Shown here: positions 8,711 to 19,419 of the stretch, piece by piece
Position numbering within the stretch: the stretch's first letter is position 1
How the letters are laid out: the number at the start of each line of letters is the position of its first letter
Source of the DNA: a virus
Lineage: Duplodnaviria > Heunggongvirae > Uroviricota > Caudoviricetes
Length of the DNA stretch: 37,753 bases
Strand: one strand, 5' to 3'
IMG/VR virus record: IMGVR_UViG_2687453319_000001
Position numbers and translations under genes: made by a program
Notes under the pieces: generated by a model
Seen by the model: the letters and a program-made list of their open reading frames with translations, nothing else
The model's database searches: none
Told to the model about the DNA's origin: nothing

Positions 8711-9591
8711 ACACTCCTCGTCAGTATTCTGGCGGCCATTGCACTTAATCCCGGAGACATGCGGTTGAATGCTGTGCCGGCGGCGTTAAGCTGCCCGGAA
8801 ACGGTATCCAGAGCACCTGCAATATTTCTTTTGTCCACACCACTCAGCGCAGACTGTGCCTGCTGTACATACGTGGCTGCTTCGCTGGCTGTTCTGGCCA
8901 GACTGATGGCATCGGGCATGGATTCAGAGAGTGCGTTAAACGCCGGAACACTTTTCCCCAGAGCCCCGGAGATATTACCCAGTCCGCTCATCAGCCCCGG
9001 CACACGGGTCAGTGCGACAACGGGGTTATCCTTCATTTTCTGTGTCACCCGAACGGCGCTGATAGTGGTCTGGAGTACAGACTGCGCCTGTTTCGCATAG
9101 TTGACGCCGTTGCGGATGAACTGCGCCACCCCTGAAGGTGAAGGAATGGCACCGGAGACCGCCCCGACACCCGGGAGCTTCGTGCGTATTGCCGGTGGTT
9201 GCAGAGGATTTTTCGGATCACCGGTGTATTCCCGGAGAGACACGGTGGCACTGACAGCCAGCACGTTACCGGTGCTGTCTGTCTGCTCGCTGGTTGCGGT
9301 CACATCGGTAATCACGAACCAGCCACGATAGTCACCGTTGCCGAAGACCAGCGCCAGTGCCTGATGGGCTTTCATGGCTGTTCGCAGTCTCGCCAGCTCC
9401 ACATCGGGTACACAATAATGCTGATGGAAAACCAGAGTTATCTGGATTTCGTCCAGCCTGTCGCCGACGAACTGCAGGCCAGGCTTACCCCCGATGCGGG
9501 CATGCTCCGCATAATCGACGCCGAACGTGGCCTCGAAGCCGTCCCAGTAGGTAATCAGCTCAAACTCAATATCACCCAGTACGGCAAACAT
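8707..9591 (-). CDS. Tail protein U-like / DNA circularization protein N-terminal homolog (Mu gp43-like)
   Basis: 294 aa, directly downstream of the tape measure gene; segment ...ALALVFGNGDYRGWFVITDVTATSEQTD... resembles P2 gpU-type proteins. Confidence 0.6.
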   Translation of the reverse strand: MFAVLGDIEFELITYWDGFEATFGVDYAEHARIGGKPGLQFVGDRLDEIQITLVFHQHYCVPDVELARLRTAMKAHQALALVFGNGDYRGWFVITDVTATSEQTDSTGNVLAVSATVSLREYTGDPKNPLQPPAIRTKLPGVGAVSGAIPSPSGVAQFIRNGVNYAKQAQSVLQTTISAVRVTQKMKDNPVVALTRVPGLMSGLGNISGALGKSVPAFNALSESMPDAISLARTASEAATYVQQAQSALSGVDKRNIAGALDTVSGQLNAAGTAFNRMSPGLSAMAARILTRSV

Positions 9592-12500
9592 CAGCGGTAC
9601 TCCTTACGTTGTTTCTGAGCCAGCAGACGCTCCAGCATTTTTTCCAGCTCATGCAGGCTCATATTCAGGGCGCCAGTCAGTCCGGCAGGCGCTGTGGTTT
9701 CCCTGCCATTGAGGAAAAACTGAGGATTAAAGCTGACCTGGATACCACCAGACGTTCCACCGCCGGTTGCAGCTGCACCACGGCCTGAATATCCGGCAGC
9801 CAGGATTTCAGGCGAGGGGATACGGGGAACATCCGGTGTCATCTCATTTGCCAGACGTTGCCCTGGTAAAATCGATGCCCGGGTGGAGAGCGGAATAGCG
9901 GGCATGGAAGACAAACTATTGATTACGGCTCCGATCGCATTTTTAGCAGACGACATAAACCCATTGATATCGGGCAACGGCATACTGAAGCGAACACCTG
10001 AAGTGTTATCCCGTATTTCTGGCCCCTGAATGCTCACGGGCATTTTGGGGAGCAGTTCACTGGCCATTCGCTGCCCGGCCAGAGCTGCAAGCGGAGTGGT
10101 CCGCTGCAGGCCAATGGCGGCCCCCTGCGCGATATTGTCACCAAAGCCCATAAACACGCGGCTCGGCGAATGAATGCCCAGCTTTTCGCTGAACCAGCCA
10201 CTGATGCTGTCACCCATTCCGGTTACACTGGATTTGAGCGACTCCCATTTGTTTTTGATACCGTTAATCAGACCGTCGACAAGATGGCCACCGAAGTCGG
10301 TGAACTTTGCCGGCAGATCAACACCAAGATATTTCAGCGCAGCTGCAAAGGCTTTATAGAGCAGACCTGCCGGCGACCAGTTAATCAGCAGCTTACCAGT
10401 TCCCGCGATACCGCCGTTAAAGGCTTCCTGAATGTCAGCCCAGCACTGTTTAAACCAGCTACTGATGCTGTCACCCATTCCGGTTACACTGGATTTGAGC
10501 GACCCCCATTTGTTTTTGATACCGTTAATCAGACCGTCGATAAGATGGCCACCGAAGTCGGTGAACTTTGCCGGCAGAGCAACGCCGAAATATTTCAGCG
10601 CAGCCGCAAAGGCTTTATAGAGCAGGCCTGCCGGCGACCAGTTAATCAGCAACTTACCAGTTCCCGCGATACCGCCGTTAAAGGCTTCCTGAATGTCAGC
10701 CCAGCACTGTTTAAACCAGCTACTGATGCTGTCACCCATTCCGGTTACACTGGATTTGAGCGACCCCCATTTGTTTTTGATACCGTTAATCAGACCGTCG
10801 ATAAGATGGCCACCGAAGTCGGTGAACTTTGCCGGCAGAGCAACGCCGAAATATTTCAGCGCAGCCGCAAAGGCTTTATAGAGCAGGCCTGCCGGCGACC
10901 AGTTAATCAGCAACTTACCAATTCCCACAATGCCGCCGTTAAAGGCTTCCTGAATGTCTGCCCAGCGCTGTTTAAACCAGCCACTGACTGCCCCCAGTTG
11001 CGGTAGATAAGGTAAGCTGCTGCCGCGACAGCGGTGATAACGAGACCGATGGGATTCATCATCAGCGCACGTCCAATCCAGAGAACAGCACGTCCGGCGA
11101 GCATAATTCCGCGAACCAGCCCCCGGAGAGCACGCCACTCAGTGTTCTGGCTCCTTTGGCGACGGCGCTAAATCCGGTCACCAGCCAGCGGAGCTTACCG
11201 CCTTGCCCCAGTGCGAGCGACAGACGAAGCCAGTTGGCCCGAAGTAAAACAGCATTTTTCCAGACACTTACAAAGGGGGAAATAAGGAGATTCAGCCCCA
11301 GTTTGAGACCAACAGTCGCTATCTTAATCGCAAGGAGCGCACTGATGAGCTTAAAAGCCCCACTGACAAATTGCGGGTGAGTCGCTACCCAGTGTTTTGC
11401 CCCCTGAATGAGTGGAAGCAGTTCCTGAGTCAGAGAAATAAAAGATGGAGCTAATTGATCGCCCAGCGTAATTGCCAGATCACGACTGCTGACCATAAGT
11501 GCTTTAGTGGCTTCAAGGGGAGATTTCAGCCGCTGATCATAAGCACTGGCAAGCAAATCGTTATCCGCAGCCCTGAGAGCACCGGCACGGATCTCTCGAT
11601 ATCTGTCCATGTTGGCCAGCATCGGGCGGATAAATGCCATGACCTGCATATCCGCGAACATATCGCCCAGACCAAAGTTTTTCGCCAGAGCCTGAAGTGC
11701 CTCATCTCTTGCCGTATCATTCTTTATTTTCATGGCTGATTTGAAGCCGGCCAGCGCTTCGGGGCTTTTGGCATTGAGGTAACGTTCTATAACACTCAAC
11801 ATCCCTTCAATCGGAGAGATCCCCGCAGCTTTATAACTCGCAATAGATCCCTGCAAATCAATACCCAGATCAGCAAACTGTTTCTGAGTATCGCGGGCAA
11901 AAATTTTGGTAAGAAAGTTTTTAAAATTATTGGCTGCTTCGTCGGTGGAACCTGCACCGATTTTTGCTATCTGGAGACTGGCCCCGATTTCAGCAACAGC
12001 CTCTTTTCCACTGGCAATACCCGCCATCATTGGGGCCAGGGACTGCATCCACTTGACCTGATCCGGGATTTCAAATGACCCCTGGTCACCGGCATAAGCC
12101 ATAATATTCTGAACGGCACCAAAATCTCTGGCCGCACCTTTCAGGGAGTTTTGCCAGACTGCGGCCACTTTTGCCCAGTCCTGAGCAGACGTGCGTGTTG
12201 CCGTTGCCGCGCGGGCAATATCCGGCATCAGAAAACCGATATCTGACACATTATCAATATTGTCGCTGATGAGTGAACCCACCGCCTCCTGCAGCTCATC
12301 CTGATACTGATTGTATTTAAGCGCCCAGCCTTTTATCTGTCCGGCAAGTGCATCCCGCGTTTTATTGTCATATTTTGCGGTGATCGACATATCAATCATT
12401 TTGTCCTGAAAAGACATGGACTGCTGAACGGCAGGGGAAACCGTATGATAAACAGTCTGTGCCATGCCATACGCTTCAATCCCCTGACCATACAGCGCCA

Positions 12501-12801
12501 TGCGGTTAGCTTTCAGCGCATCACTGGTAGCGGATGCCGCTGACAGACGGCGCTGCTGGCGCTCAATTTGCTCCATGGTGCGGCTTACCCGCAGCAGCTC
12601 GCTGTTGAGATGCTGCATCCGGGAAGAACCCAGTTGACCATAACGTTCTGTTGCACGGGTTAAAGCGTTCTGACGTTCCTGCAGGCGGCGTGAGGTATCG
12701 CTCAGGGAATCAAGCGCACGGCGGGTACCGCTCATTGCAGAACGGAATGTGCTACCAATCATCCCGCCGATAACAACGCCGACTGAAAACTGTCCCGACA
12801 T
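9591..12801 (-). CDS. Tail tape measure protein (single gene split by two apparent frameshifts)
   Basis: RBS GGAGG before ATG at 12801. Three overlapping ORFs read continuously if C5 runs at 11120-11124 and 10991-10995 were C6 (...GARTLSGVLSGG|LVRGIMLAGRAVLWIG...YLIYRNWGQ|AVSGWFKQRWADIQEAFNGG); coiled-coil N-terminal part and internal repeats. Confidence 0.8.
10200..10985. repeat. Three tandem 261-bp (87-aa) repeats inside the tape measure gene
   Basis: Protein repeat SSWFKQCWADIQEAFNGGIAGTGKLLINWSPAGLLYKAFAAALKYFGVALPAKFTDFGGHLIDGLINGIKNKWGSLKSSVTGMGDSI x3; antisense ORFs at 10432 and 10693 are identical. Confidence 0.9.
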
Positions 12802-12876
12802 AGTGGTTAACCTCCGGGGAAGGTGAAAAGACGTGAGGGGATAACGCAGAACAGCCGCTACTGGCGGCTGTCTGTA

Positions 12877-13293
12877 CTATGATTTGTCGCCGTACTCGCT
12901 TTTTATTTGCTCTTCAGCCTGCTCCAGCCACATCTCCAGATCGTCAGTATCGAGGGCATCAATCTCCCCGGCTGAAACCGGAACCATCTCGCCAGCAGCC
13001 CCTGCGCCTGCGTCAGCGCCCTGGTTGCTCTCACCCATCCCCGTGATGAGCTGAAATCGTTTCTGTAACTGCAGGTAATCAGCCAGATCCATATTGTCGA
13101 GATCTTCCGGGAGAAGACCAGTACTGCGGGCAATCAGCGGTTCGTCCCAGTCTGCCGGGTTTTTGCTGATTTTGCGCACCTGCTTCAGGTCTTTTACCGT
13201 CAGGCGTTTCAGTTCAACCAGCTCAATTCTGGTGCCTGCAGCAGTGGTGAAGGGATAAGACAATTTAAAAGTATCGGATGGGGTCTGTGACAT
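12877..13293 (-). CDS. Putative tail assembly chaperone (acidic protein between tube and tape measure)
   Basis: 138 aa, highly acidic C-terminus; position equivalent to P2 gpE / Mu gp41. Confidence 0.45.
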   Translation of the reverse strand: MSQTPSDTFKLSYPFTTAAGTRIELVELKRLTVKDLKQVRKISKNPADWDEPLIARSTGLLPEDLDNMDLADYLQLQKRFQLITGMGESNQGADAGAGAAGEMVPVSAGEIDALDTDDLEMWLEQAEEQIKSEYGDKS

Positions 13294-13369
13294 GATTGTG
13301 CTCCTGTGTAAGTTCAGGGCAGTATGTCGGGAGAAGCGCGTGACGGATATTAAAGGAGATTAAGAAGAA

Positions 13370-13383
13370 GGGGCCGGAGCCCC
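13370..13383 (-). terminator. GC-rich hairpin followed by U-rich tract (intrinsic terminator-like) downstream of the tube gene region
   Basis: Minus-strand GGGGC-tccg-GCCCC then TTCTTCTTAAT. Confidence 0.4.
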
Positions 13384-13390
13384 TGTGATG

Positions 13391-13582
13391 TCAGCAAGTG
13401 CGAAACCCCTTGCAGTTACGCAGGAAAGCGATGAGAAGCGTCTTTCCCTCAGATTTGCCGATGCCGGAGAACCAGTGGTCGGGAGGCTCCCATGCTTCAA
13501 TCAAATCCGCCAGTTTGCGGGCCTTTGAACGTGTGCAGTCAATCGGGTCATTGGTTTTACGGGTATTAAAAAGGGTTTCCAC
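13391..13582 (-). CDS. Small hypothetical protein between tube and chaperone genes
   Basis: 63-aa ORF only; no recognisable motif. Confidence 0.3.
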   Translation of the reverse strand: METLFNTRKTNDPIDCTRSKARKLADLIEAWEPPDHWFSGIGKSEGKTLLIAFLRNCKGFRTC

Positions 13583-13673
13583 CCCGGAATATCAAGGAGG
13601 GTAAACCACGTACCATTTGACATGCCCAGTGCCGCACATCGTCCTCCTTTATCCGTCAGTTCAACACTCACCG

Positions 13674-14195
13674 TCAGCCCCCGATATTGATACGGTAGTC
13701 AGTCAGTTGATCAACACCGCCGACCCGGAAGATGTTGGCCAGATAGTCCAGTTGCAGCAGCTCTTCACCATCCAGTACCTGTCTGATATACGTGCAGGTG
13801 AAGCTACTGGAGAACTCGGCGTTCTCGTGCTGTTTGAACGTCCCCAGCGGGTTCTTCTTGAACATAATCGTCAGGAAGGTGACCAGCGGGATTTCGTCAA
13901 TCAGCCCCTGCGAGCTGTAGCGCTGGACGCTGGAACGACACTGCAGTGCCAGCGACCTGTACGGGTTCGCGGCAGACAGCATCGCATCGCGGTAAAAGCT
14001 GTTCCATTTGATTTCGCCTTCCAGTTTGTCAAAACCAGCCGGGAGTTCCACCTTACCCACCATCCCCAGCGCCTTGTGTTCCTGCATAATCATGGAGACA
14101 TCGGGGAGTTTAACTTCCTCAGCCCGTCCCAGCAGGTTAGTACCATCCAGATAGATGTTGGCATTCGTGATGCGGTTTATCTCAATCTTTGACAT
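13674..14195 (-). CDS. Tail tube protein (P2 FII / Mu gp40-like)
   Basis: 173 aa immediately downstream of the sheath gene with overlapping stop/start. Confidence 0.8.
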   Translation of the reverse strand: MSKIEINRITNANIYLDGTNLLGRAEEVKLPDVSMIMQEHKALGMVGKVELPAGFDKLEGEIKWNSFYRDAMLSAANPYRSLALQCRSSVQRYSSQGLIDEIPLVTFLTIMFKKNPLGTFKQHENAEFSSSFTCTYIRQVLDGEELLQLDYLANIFRVGGVDQLTDYRINIGG

Positions 14196-15622
14196 CAGTT
14201 GCCCCCTTTCAGGGTTAACAGGTATTCCGAGGTGATCTCAGTCTCAAACGTCAGTCGCTCCAGCGGCGGTGGTGGCGTATATTTGTAGCTCAGCAACAGG
14301 TGCCCGGCGGCCAGCTCCGTCTCCGGATTGCGGGCCGGATCAAACCAGCAACGGAAGCCCAGTACCGCACCATCACCAGTCATTTTGCGACCGTAGGCGT
14401 TGACCGACTCCGTCAGTGCATCAATCAGCGCCTGAGTAATCGGCATGTCGATGTACTGCTGGCTGAAATAACGAATGGACTCGTTGATCACATCACCGGT
14501 GCGGCGAACGTTCTCAAAGTTACGCATATGGGTGACCGTTGGCCATGCTGCCGTCCGGTTACCCCACAGACGAAGGCCGCTGCCGTAACTGCTGAATACC
14601 GTGGTGATCCCCTGTTCGTTAAGCAGGTTCACCTCACTCTGCGGGTCATCAATCATCGCGGACAGCTGGCGCTCCACGCCGGTGATCCCCAGAATCTCCT
14701 GATTGGAGGATGACCACCAGTAGCCCTTGTCCAGATCGACTCTGGCACGCAGACCTGCTGCACGCTGGCTGAGCGGCTCCAGACGCTCTGTGTTTGTCAC
14801 CGGGTCATATACCTTCACATGCGGATAGCACAGACGGACGCGGTCGGAGCTGGTATTGAAGTTGATGGTGCCTTCCGGGCCACGACCTGCCAGAGCCTGT
14901 GCAAAGGTGGTACCGACAGGCGCATCAATGTAGGTTACCGCGCCCAGCTTCTCTGCCATGGCGATAAGCTCAACTGCGACACTCTTCTGGGTGCAGAACA
15001 CCGGCGCAATCAGAATTTTGGCGAAATAGCCGTACAGGTTGAAGCTGTCGTTAAGCAGCTTCATGCCAGTTCGGTTTCCGGCGCTATTCACCCCGCCGAT
15101 GATGTCCGCCGCAGTCACCTTCGACGGGTCCGCGTACTCATAGCTCACCTTCACGCTGCCACCGGCCTCAATAGCCTTGCCCAGGTTCGTGAGCACACCC
15201 GCCTGCGCATCAACACGGTAGTCCGTGTTCGCCGTGTGGGTGGTGCTGCCTTCACTGTTTTTCACCACCACATTAGCGACAACCGGATGCGCCAGTCTGG
15301 CCTGCCCTGTCGATTTGTCAAAGGTAACCACCTCATCCTCGATCGCCGTTTTATGTTTCGCCGGGTCGAGGACGTTAATGACCAGAACGGTACCTGCACC
15401 ATGGTCATAAATCGCATCCAGCGCCTGCGGAATGGTAAAGCCGGTGAACTGGCTGCCAAATGCCGCTGCGTCTTTCTCAGACAGGCACTGTACCAGCGTA
15501 TTGACATCCCCCATCGGGGCGGTACCAATCAGGCCAATAACGGCAGATTTCACCGTTTTAACCGGGCGGGCTCCGTTTTCCACCTCAATGGTTTCGGGAC
15601 CATGCAGATAGTTAGCTGCCAT
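14195..15622 (-). CDS. Contractile tail sheath protein (P2 FI / Mu gp39-like)
   Basis: 475 aa, position upstream of tube. Confidence 0.85.
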   Translation of the reverse strand: MAANYLHGPETIEVENGARPVKTVKSAVIGLIGTAPMGDVNTLVQCLSEKDAAAFGSQFTGFTIPQALDAIYDHGAGTVLVINVLDPAKHKTAIEDEVVTFDKSTGQARLAHPVVANVVVKNSEGSTTHTANTDYRVDAQAGVLTNLGKAIEAGGSVKVSYEYADPSKVTAADIIGGVNSAGNRTGMKLLNDSFNLYGYFAKILIAPVFCTQKSVAVELIAMAEKLGAVTYIDAPVGTTFAQALAGRGPEGTINFNTSSDRVRLCYPHVKVYDPVTNTERLEPLSQRAAGLRARVDLDKGYWWSSSNQEILGITGVERQLSAMIDDPQSEVNLLNEQGITTVFSSYGSGLRLWGNRTAAWPTVTHMRNFENVRRTGDVINESIRYFSQQYIDMPITQALIDALTESVNAYGRKMTGDGAVLGFRCWFDPARNPETELAAGHLLLSYKYTPPPPLERLTFETEITSEYLLTLKGGN

Positions 15623-15866
15623 GGGTGTCCTCCGTTTTCACTTCGCTGTCACTGCTGCTTCTGCGCTTTGGTGACTGCACAGCCGGTGTGCCGGCGGGTT
15701 TAGTCTCTTCAGGTACCGGCGTCAGATGTTTCAGCGCCACCAGTACCTTCACGTAGTCATGCTCCTCCGGCAGGGAAACCGTCTTCCCCGGCCAGAGCAG
15801 GATTTCGGTTCCGTCCGACAGCGTGACGCCGCTGGCCGGGCCGGAATAGCGGTATTCTTTCATCAC
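15612..15866 (-). CDS. Hypothetical virion protein (Mu gp38 position)
   Basis: 84-aa ORF; position only. Confidence 0.4.
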   Translation of the reverse strand: MMKEYRYSGPASGVTLSDGTEILLWPGKTVSLPEEHDYVKVLVALKHLTPVPEETKPAGTPAVQSPKRRSSSDSEVKTEDTHGS

Positions 15867-16327
15867 TCGCTTTCCTCATAGTTCACTTCGGTTAACAGCG
15901 GGCCGGACGGTAAATCGCTGTCTTCGATAAAGACGCTTTCAGTCGCGAAGTCGAGGGCGTACTGCCACAGCCCCCTGACTTCACCGATAAACACCTCGCG
16001 GGTCAGCCAGATACGGCGGCGGCAGCCGGGCGGGGTGTGGCCACCGAGAATGCGGCGGACAGCATCCAGGACATTAATCGCCCCTTTTTTACCGTTGAGC
16101 TGGCGGAAGACCACCGTGACGCAGAGCTGGATAGTCTGAGACTGGATCACCGCACCGGTATCATCCGGCCTGTCAAAGCGCGAACCGGCATAGCTCAACA
16201 GCAACGCGCCAACCGGATGGTTCAGGCGATATTCAGCCGGTTTCTCCGGGAAGTACTCCACCTGCAGTTGCGGCAGCTTCTCGCGTAACCGGGCCAGTAC
16301 CGCATCAAGGACGGGCAGAACGTTCAT
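15863..16327 (-). CDS. Head-tail connector/completion protein candidate (Mu gp37 position)
   Basis: 154-aa ORF with overlapping start/stop in the operon; position only. Confidence 0.45.
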   Translation of the reverse strand: MNVLPVLDAVLARLREKLPQLQVEYFPEKPAEYRLNHPVGALLLSYAGSRFDRPDDTGAVIQSQTIQLCVTVVFRQLNGKKGAINVLDAVRRILGGHTPPGCRRRIWLTREVFIGEVRGLWQYALDFATESVFIEDSDLPSGPLLTEVNYEESE

Positions 16328-16773
16328 CAGTATTTCTCCAGTAAACCGTCACGACCGCCGAAAGTGGCCGGGCGACTGCGTACACGAAACTCGCCAGGCT
16401 CAGGCACATCTTTCTGAGTGGACGGCAGCCCCAGCGTGAGCCTGTTATCACGTAACTCCCTGAGTTGCCGCAGCGCTTCTTTGTGGTCATCCTTCACCGT
16501 ATCCGGGAGGTCACCTTCCGGGCGGCGGGCGTAGAGCCGGTAACGGACCAGCGTGATGGCAATGTCCCGCAGAACAGTCGGTATCTCTGCCAGTGGCAGG
16601 ATATAGCGTCCGCGCAGATGGGCATCAATCAGCTCGTCGGCATAGCGGATACAGCTGTCCACCACACGGGTATTCACTGTTGCAGGCGAGTCGAAGTCCA
16701 TCTCTTCACTGGTGAGCTCGATAAGCGTCCGCTCCGGCACCTGCGCAAGCAAATCCTCCAGGGTGCAGTACAT
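16327..16773 (-). CDS. Head completion protein candidate (Mu gp36 position)
   Basis: Likely start at internal Met (MYCTLEDLLAQVPERTLIELTSEEMDF...), one nt after the upstream stop. Confidence 0.45.
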   Translation of the reverse strand: MYCTLEDLLAQVPERTLIELTSEEMDFDSPATVNTRVVDSCIRYADELIDAHLRGRYILPLAEIPTVLRDIAITLVRYRLYARRPEGDLPDTVKDDHKEALRQLRELRDNRLTLGLPSTQKDVPEPGEFRVRSRPATFGGRDGLLEKY

Positions 16774-16774
16774 G

Positions 16775-17113
16775 TCACACCCCGCGCAGGATACGAATGA
16801 CGTCGCCTTCACCCCCGGCTTCATCAAGTGCAATACCACAGGATTTACCGTCGCCGGACTGCGGCACGGCTCTGGCCTGAGCATCTGACTGAACAGCCAC
16901 ACCACGGCTGACAGCGGCCCCGGCCTCGACAGCAATAATGCCCAGAACGCTCACCGGCGTGCTGTCGCCGGTAACAGCATCCACTTCGGCAACCCCGAGC
17001 GCTGCGGCACCGGCTTTACAGGGGGTATTATCTGCCCCGACAAAACGCTGCTGTGCCAGTGCTGCCCCTGCCGTTACGGTTGTGATCAGAATGACCTGCT
17101 GAGTGGTTCCCAT
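16775..17113 (-). CDS. Hypothetical head protein (Ala/Gly/Val-rich)
   Basis: 112-aa ORF directly downstream of the major head gene. Confidence 0.4.
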   Translation of the reverse strand: MGTTQQVILITTVTAGAALAQQRFVGADNTPCKAGAAALGVAEVDAVTGDSTPVSVLGIIAVEAGAAVSRGVAVQSDAQARAVPQSGDGKSCGIALDEAGGEGDVIRILRGV

Positions 17114-17122
17114 AACGCCTCC

Positions 17123-18076
17123 TTATTTACTGATACCGGTAATGAGATACCCGGCATCGCCACCAACCACGGCGACTTTGTAGATATCGGTATAACGGCA
17201 GTACTTCACCTTGCCACCGGCTCCGTCGTATTTGTCGGCAACAGGCATCCCCTTACGACGCAGGGTGTAGCCGAAGGACGGCTCGTTCTCGTCCGCGCTG
17301 TCCGCCCCCGGCTGCGGTTTGCCGACATAGTGCAGCATCAGATTGTCTCCCCAGATATCCGCCGGCACGCTGTTCTTATCCATTGCCGCTTTCATGGACG
17401 GCAGGGAGACCGGGGCACCGATGACGATCTCTTCGATCTGAAAGAGGTCCTGCAGGATTTCTGTGGTGATGCGCTTGCGTTCGTTGGCTCCGATAGCGGC
17501 CTGAATCGCCGGGTGGAACTTCAGCAGCGCCATCACGCCGGCCCCCATGGTCATCAGGTTAGGACGCAGCCCCGTGGCCGTACGGACCGCTTCCATACCG
17601 GCTTCAATCACCCCGATGGGGTCCCCCTTACCACCGGCCCAGCGATCACTGGCTGTCAGTTTTTTGACGTGCCCGGTACGGTAGACCTTTTCATCCTGAG
17701 CCAGACGGGCAGCGATAAGTTCACGGCGCAGGTTCACGCCATTCGTGGCGCGACGGATGGCCTTGCTCTCTTCGTTAAACATGGACTCCGCCTGCTCGCG
17801 ATAGTCCACCGGCGCAGCCAGATCGTGTTCACCCAGCACCAGGTCCAGCGTGCCTGTTTTTTCACGGACCAGAACATTGCTGTCCGCCCCGACGGCACGC
17901 TCGGTGTCATATTCCACAAAGGCGGTTTTCCCGAAGGTCGGTACACGCACGCCTTCCTTGTCCGTCAGCACGACGGGGAAAATACGTTCGCCGATGAATG
18001 CGGCATTTTTATAGCCACGGGCGATACTGGTCAGTACCGGATCAACGACACGTTTACCTTTTAAGTAATCAGACAT
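17123..18076 (-). CDS. Major head (capsid) protein, Mu gpT-like
   Basis: 317 aa, preceded by the protease/scaffold gene and followed by small head genes, as in Mu. Confidence 0.8.
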   Translation of the reverse strand: MSDYLKGKRVVDPVLTSIARGYKNAAFIGERIFPVVLTDKEGVRVPTFGKTAFVEYDTERAVGADSNVLVREKTGTLDLVLGEHDLAAPVDYREQAESMFNEESKAIRRATNGVNLRRELIAARLAQDEKVYRTGHVKKLTASDRWAGGKGDPIGVIEAGMEAVRTATGLRPNLMTMGAGVMALLKFHPAIQAAIGANERKRITTEILQDLFQIEEIVIGAPVSLPSMKAAMDKNSVPADIWGDNLMLHYVGKPQPGADSADENEPSFGYTLRRKGMPVADKYDGAGGKVKYCRYTDIYKVAVVGGDAGYLITGISK

Positions 18077-18090
18077 GCTCTCTCCTTAAA

Positions 18091-19205
18091 TTACAGGCAG
18101 CGTGCGACAGCAGCCTCATAGCTGATGCCTTCTTTTTTGGACAGGGCCACTGCTTTCTGATGCAGGGCCAGACGCTCAGGATCGGCTTCCGCAAACTCTG
18201 CCACATCCACCTTCACCGTGTCGCCGACACGCTCTTTTGTGGCCTGTTCGGCGAAATTCATCACCGGCTCCCCGTCGGAGAGCAATGAACGAAAGGCGGT
18301 GGCCAGCGGTGTGCGGCTTTCCCCCTCAGCAAACTCCACCGGCTTGTCGCCACCGGCGACGGCATCCAGCAGGGCAACCACCACGGAGGAGGCGCGGGGA
18401 GCCAGACGGCCCTCTGCGACCAGTTTTTCTGCAAAGGCCACATTGTCCTTATGCAGTTGCTCCTGTCTGACCTGTGCATCACGCGCATCGCGATCAGCAG
18501 CCTGCTGCTTCAGGCGGCGGTTCTCCTCCTGAAGGGCTTCAATCTCTTCTTTTGTCATCGATGATTCCTCGTTACTTGCGGAAGACGGCCCCGGGCCTGT
18601 CTCACTGAATTGTGCACCTGCTGCATCCTGCGACAGTGTGTCGCGGTACGCCTCTTCGCGCAGACTGTTGAGCTGCCATTCCGGCAGGACTTTTTCTGCC
18701 TCGTCCAGACTGAAGCGGGCGATCAGAAAATCGCGCAGCTTTCCCCACAGGGAGGCATTCGTGATGGCCTGCCAGTCGGCGAACTCCACCACACCTTCTT
18801 CCTGCTCACTGAAGGACACCTGTTTCAGCCCCTTGACGGAAGGTGGCTGTGCCCGAGAAAGCCCACATGGCGAAGGTAGAGCACGCCGGGCTTCGGATTG
18901 GACGGTGAATCCGGGAGGTAGAAAGAGGCGGACACTTTTTTGAATCGTCCGTCGGTGACCATCTCAGCAAACTGCGGGTCCAGCTGGGCAGGCTCTGCCA
19001 TCAGATCGACGCCGCTGAGCGACAGGGCTTTCACCCAGCCCCACGCCGGGTCTTCCGTTCTGGGATGACCAATCACGAGTGGTGCTTCATGGACGGACGG
19101 GTCATAGGCTTTCACGCAGGCGGCAAGATCGTCTGGCGTGAACGGCAGTTTTTTGCCGTGCATATCGGTATGAGTACCGGCTTTAAAAATGTGAATGGCT
19201 GACAT
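18091..19205 (-). CDS. Head maturation protease/scaffold protein (Mu gpI/Z-like), apparent frameshift
   Basis: N-terminal part MSAIHIFKAGTHTDMHGKKL...YLRHVGFLG matches Mu I; the downstream part (SFSEQEEGVVEFADWQAITNASL..., coiled-coil scaffold) is in another frame; joined if the C3 run at 18852-18854 were C4. Confidence 0.8.
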
Positions 19206-19419
19206 TTTGCTGTCCCGCGTTATGTTGTCGGAGACAGTTTGTGAGAAATGCAGGCCCGGCGATTTTAATCTGCTTTAGAAAACATCAGGGGAGAAGGACA
19301 GGGAAAGCAATGCGGTGAACCGGAGGCGGTTATAAAACAGAGGCTGTAAAGCCTTTATAAAGGTAATACAGCCCCTCATTCGCTGGCAATGATAAATCAC
19401 CCGCCTGAAGAGAGAAAAC

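Noticed and set aside
10170-11006. 278-aa + strand ORF with internal repeats and three identical 62-aa ORFs
   Set aside because: Antisense reading of the tape measure tandem repeats.
9591-12801. Programmed ribosomal frameshifting as the explanation for overlapping ORFs in tape measure, fiber, F and I genes
   Set aside because: Too many sites, none with slippery heptamer context; each is fixed by restoring one base in a homopolymer, and the same pattern occurs in the host NRPS fragment; more consistent with sequencing error.
14819-15703. 294-aa + strand ORF
   Set aside because: Antisense to the tail sheath gene.
17330-18064. 244-aa + strand ORF
   Set aside because: Antisense to the major head gene.
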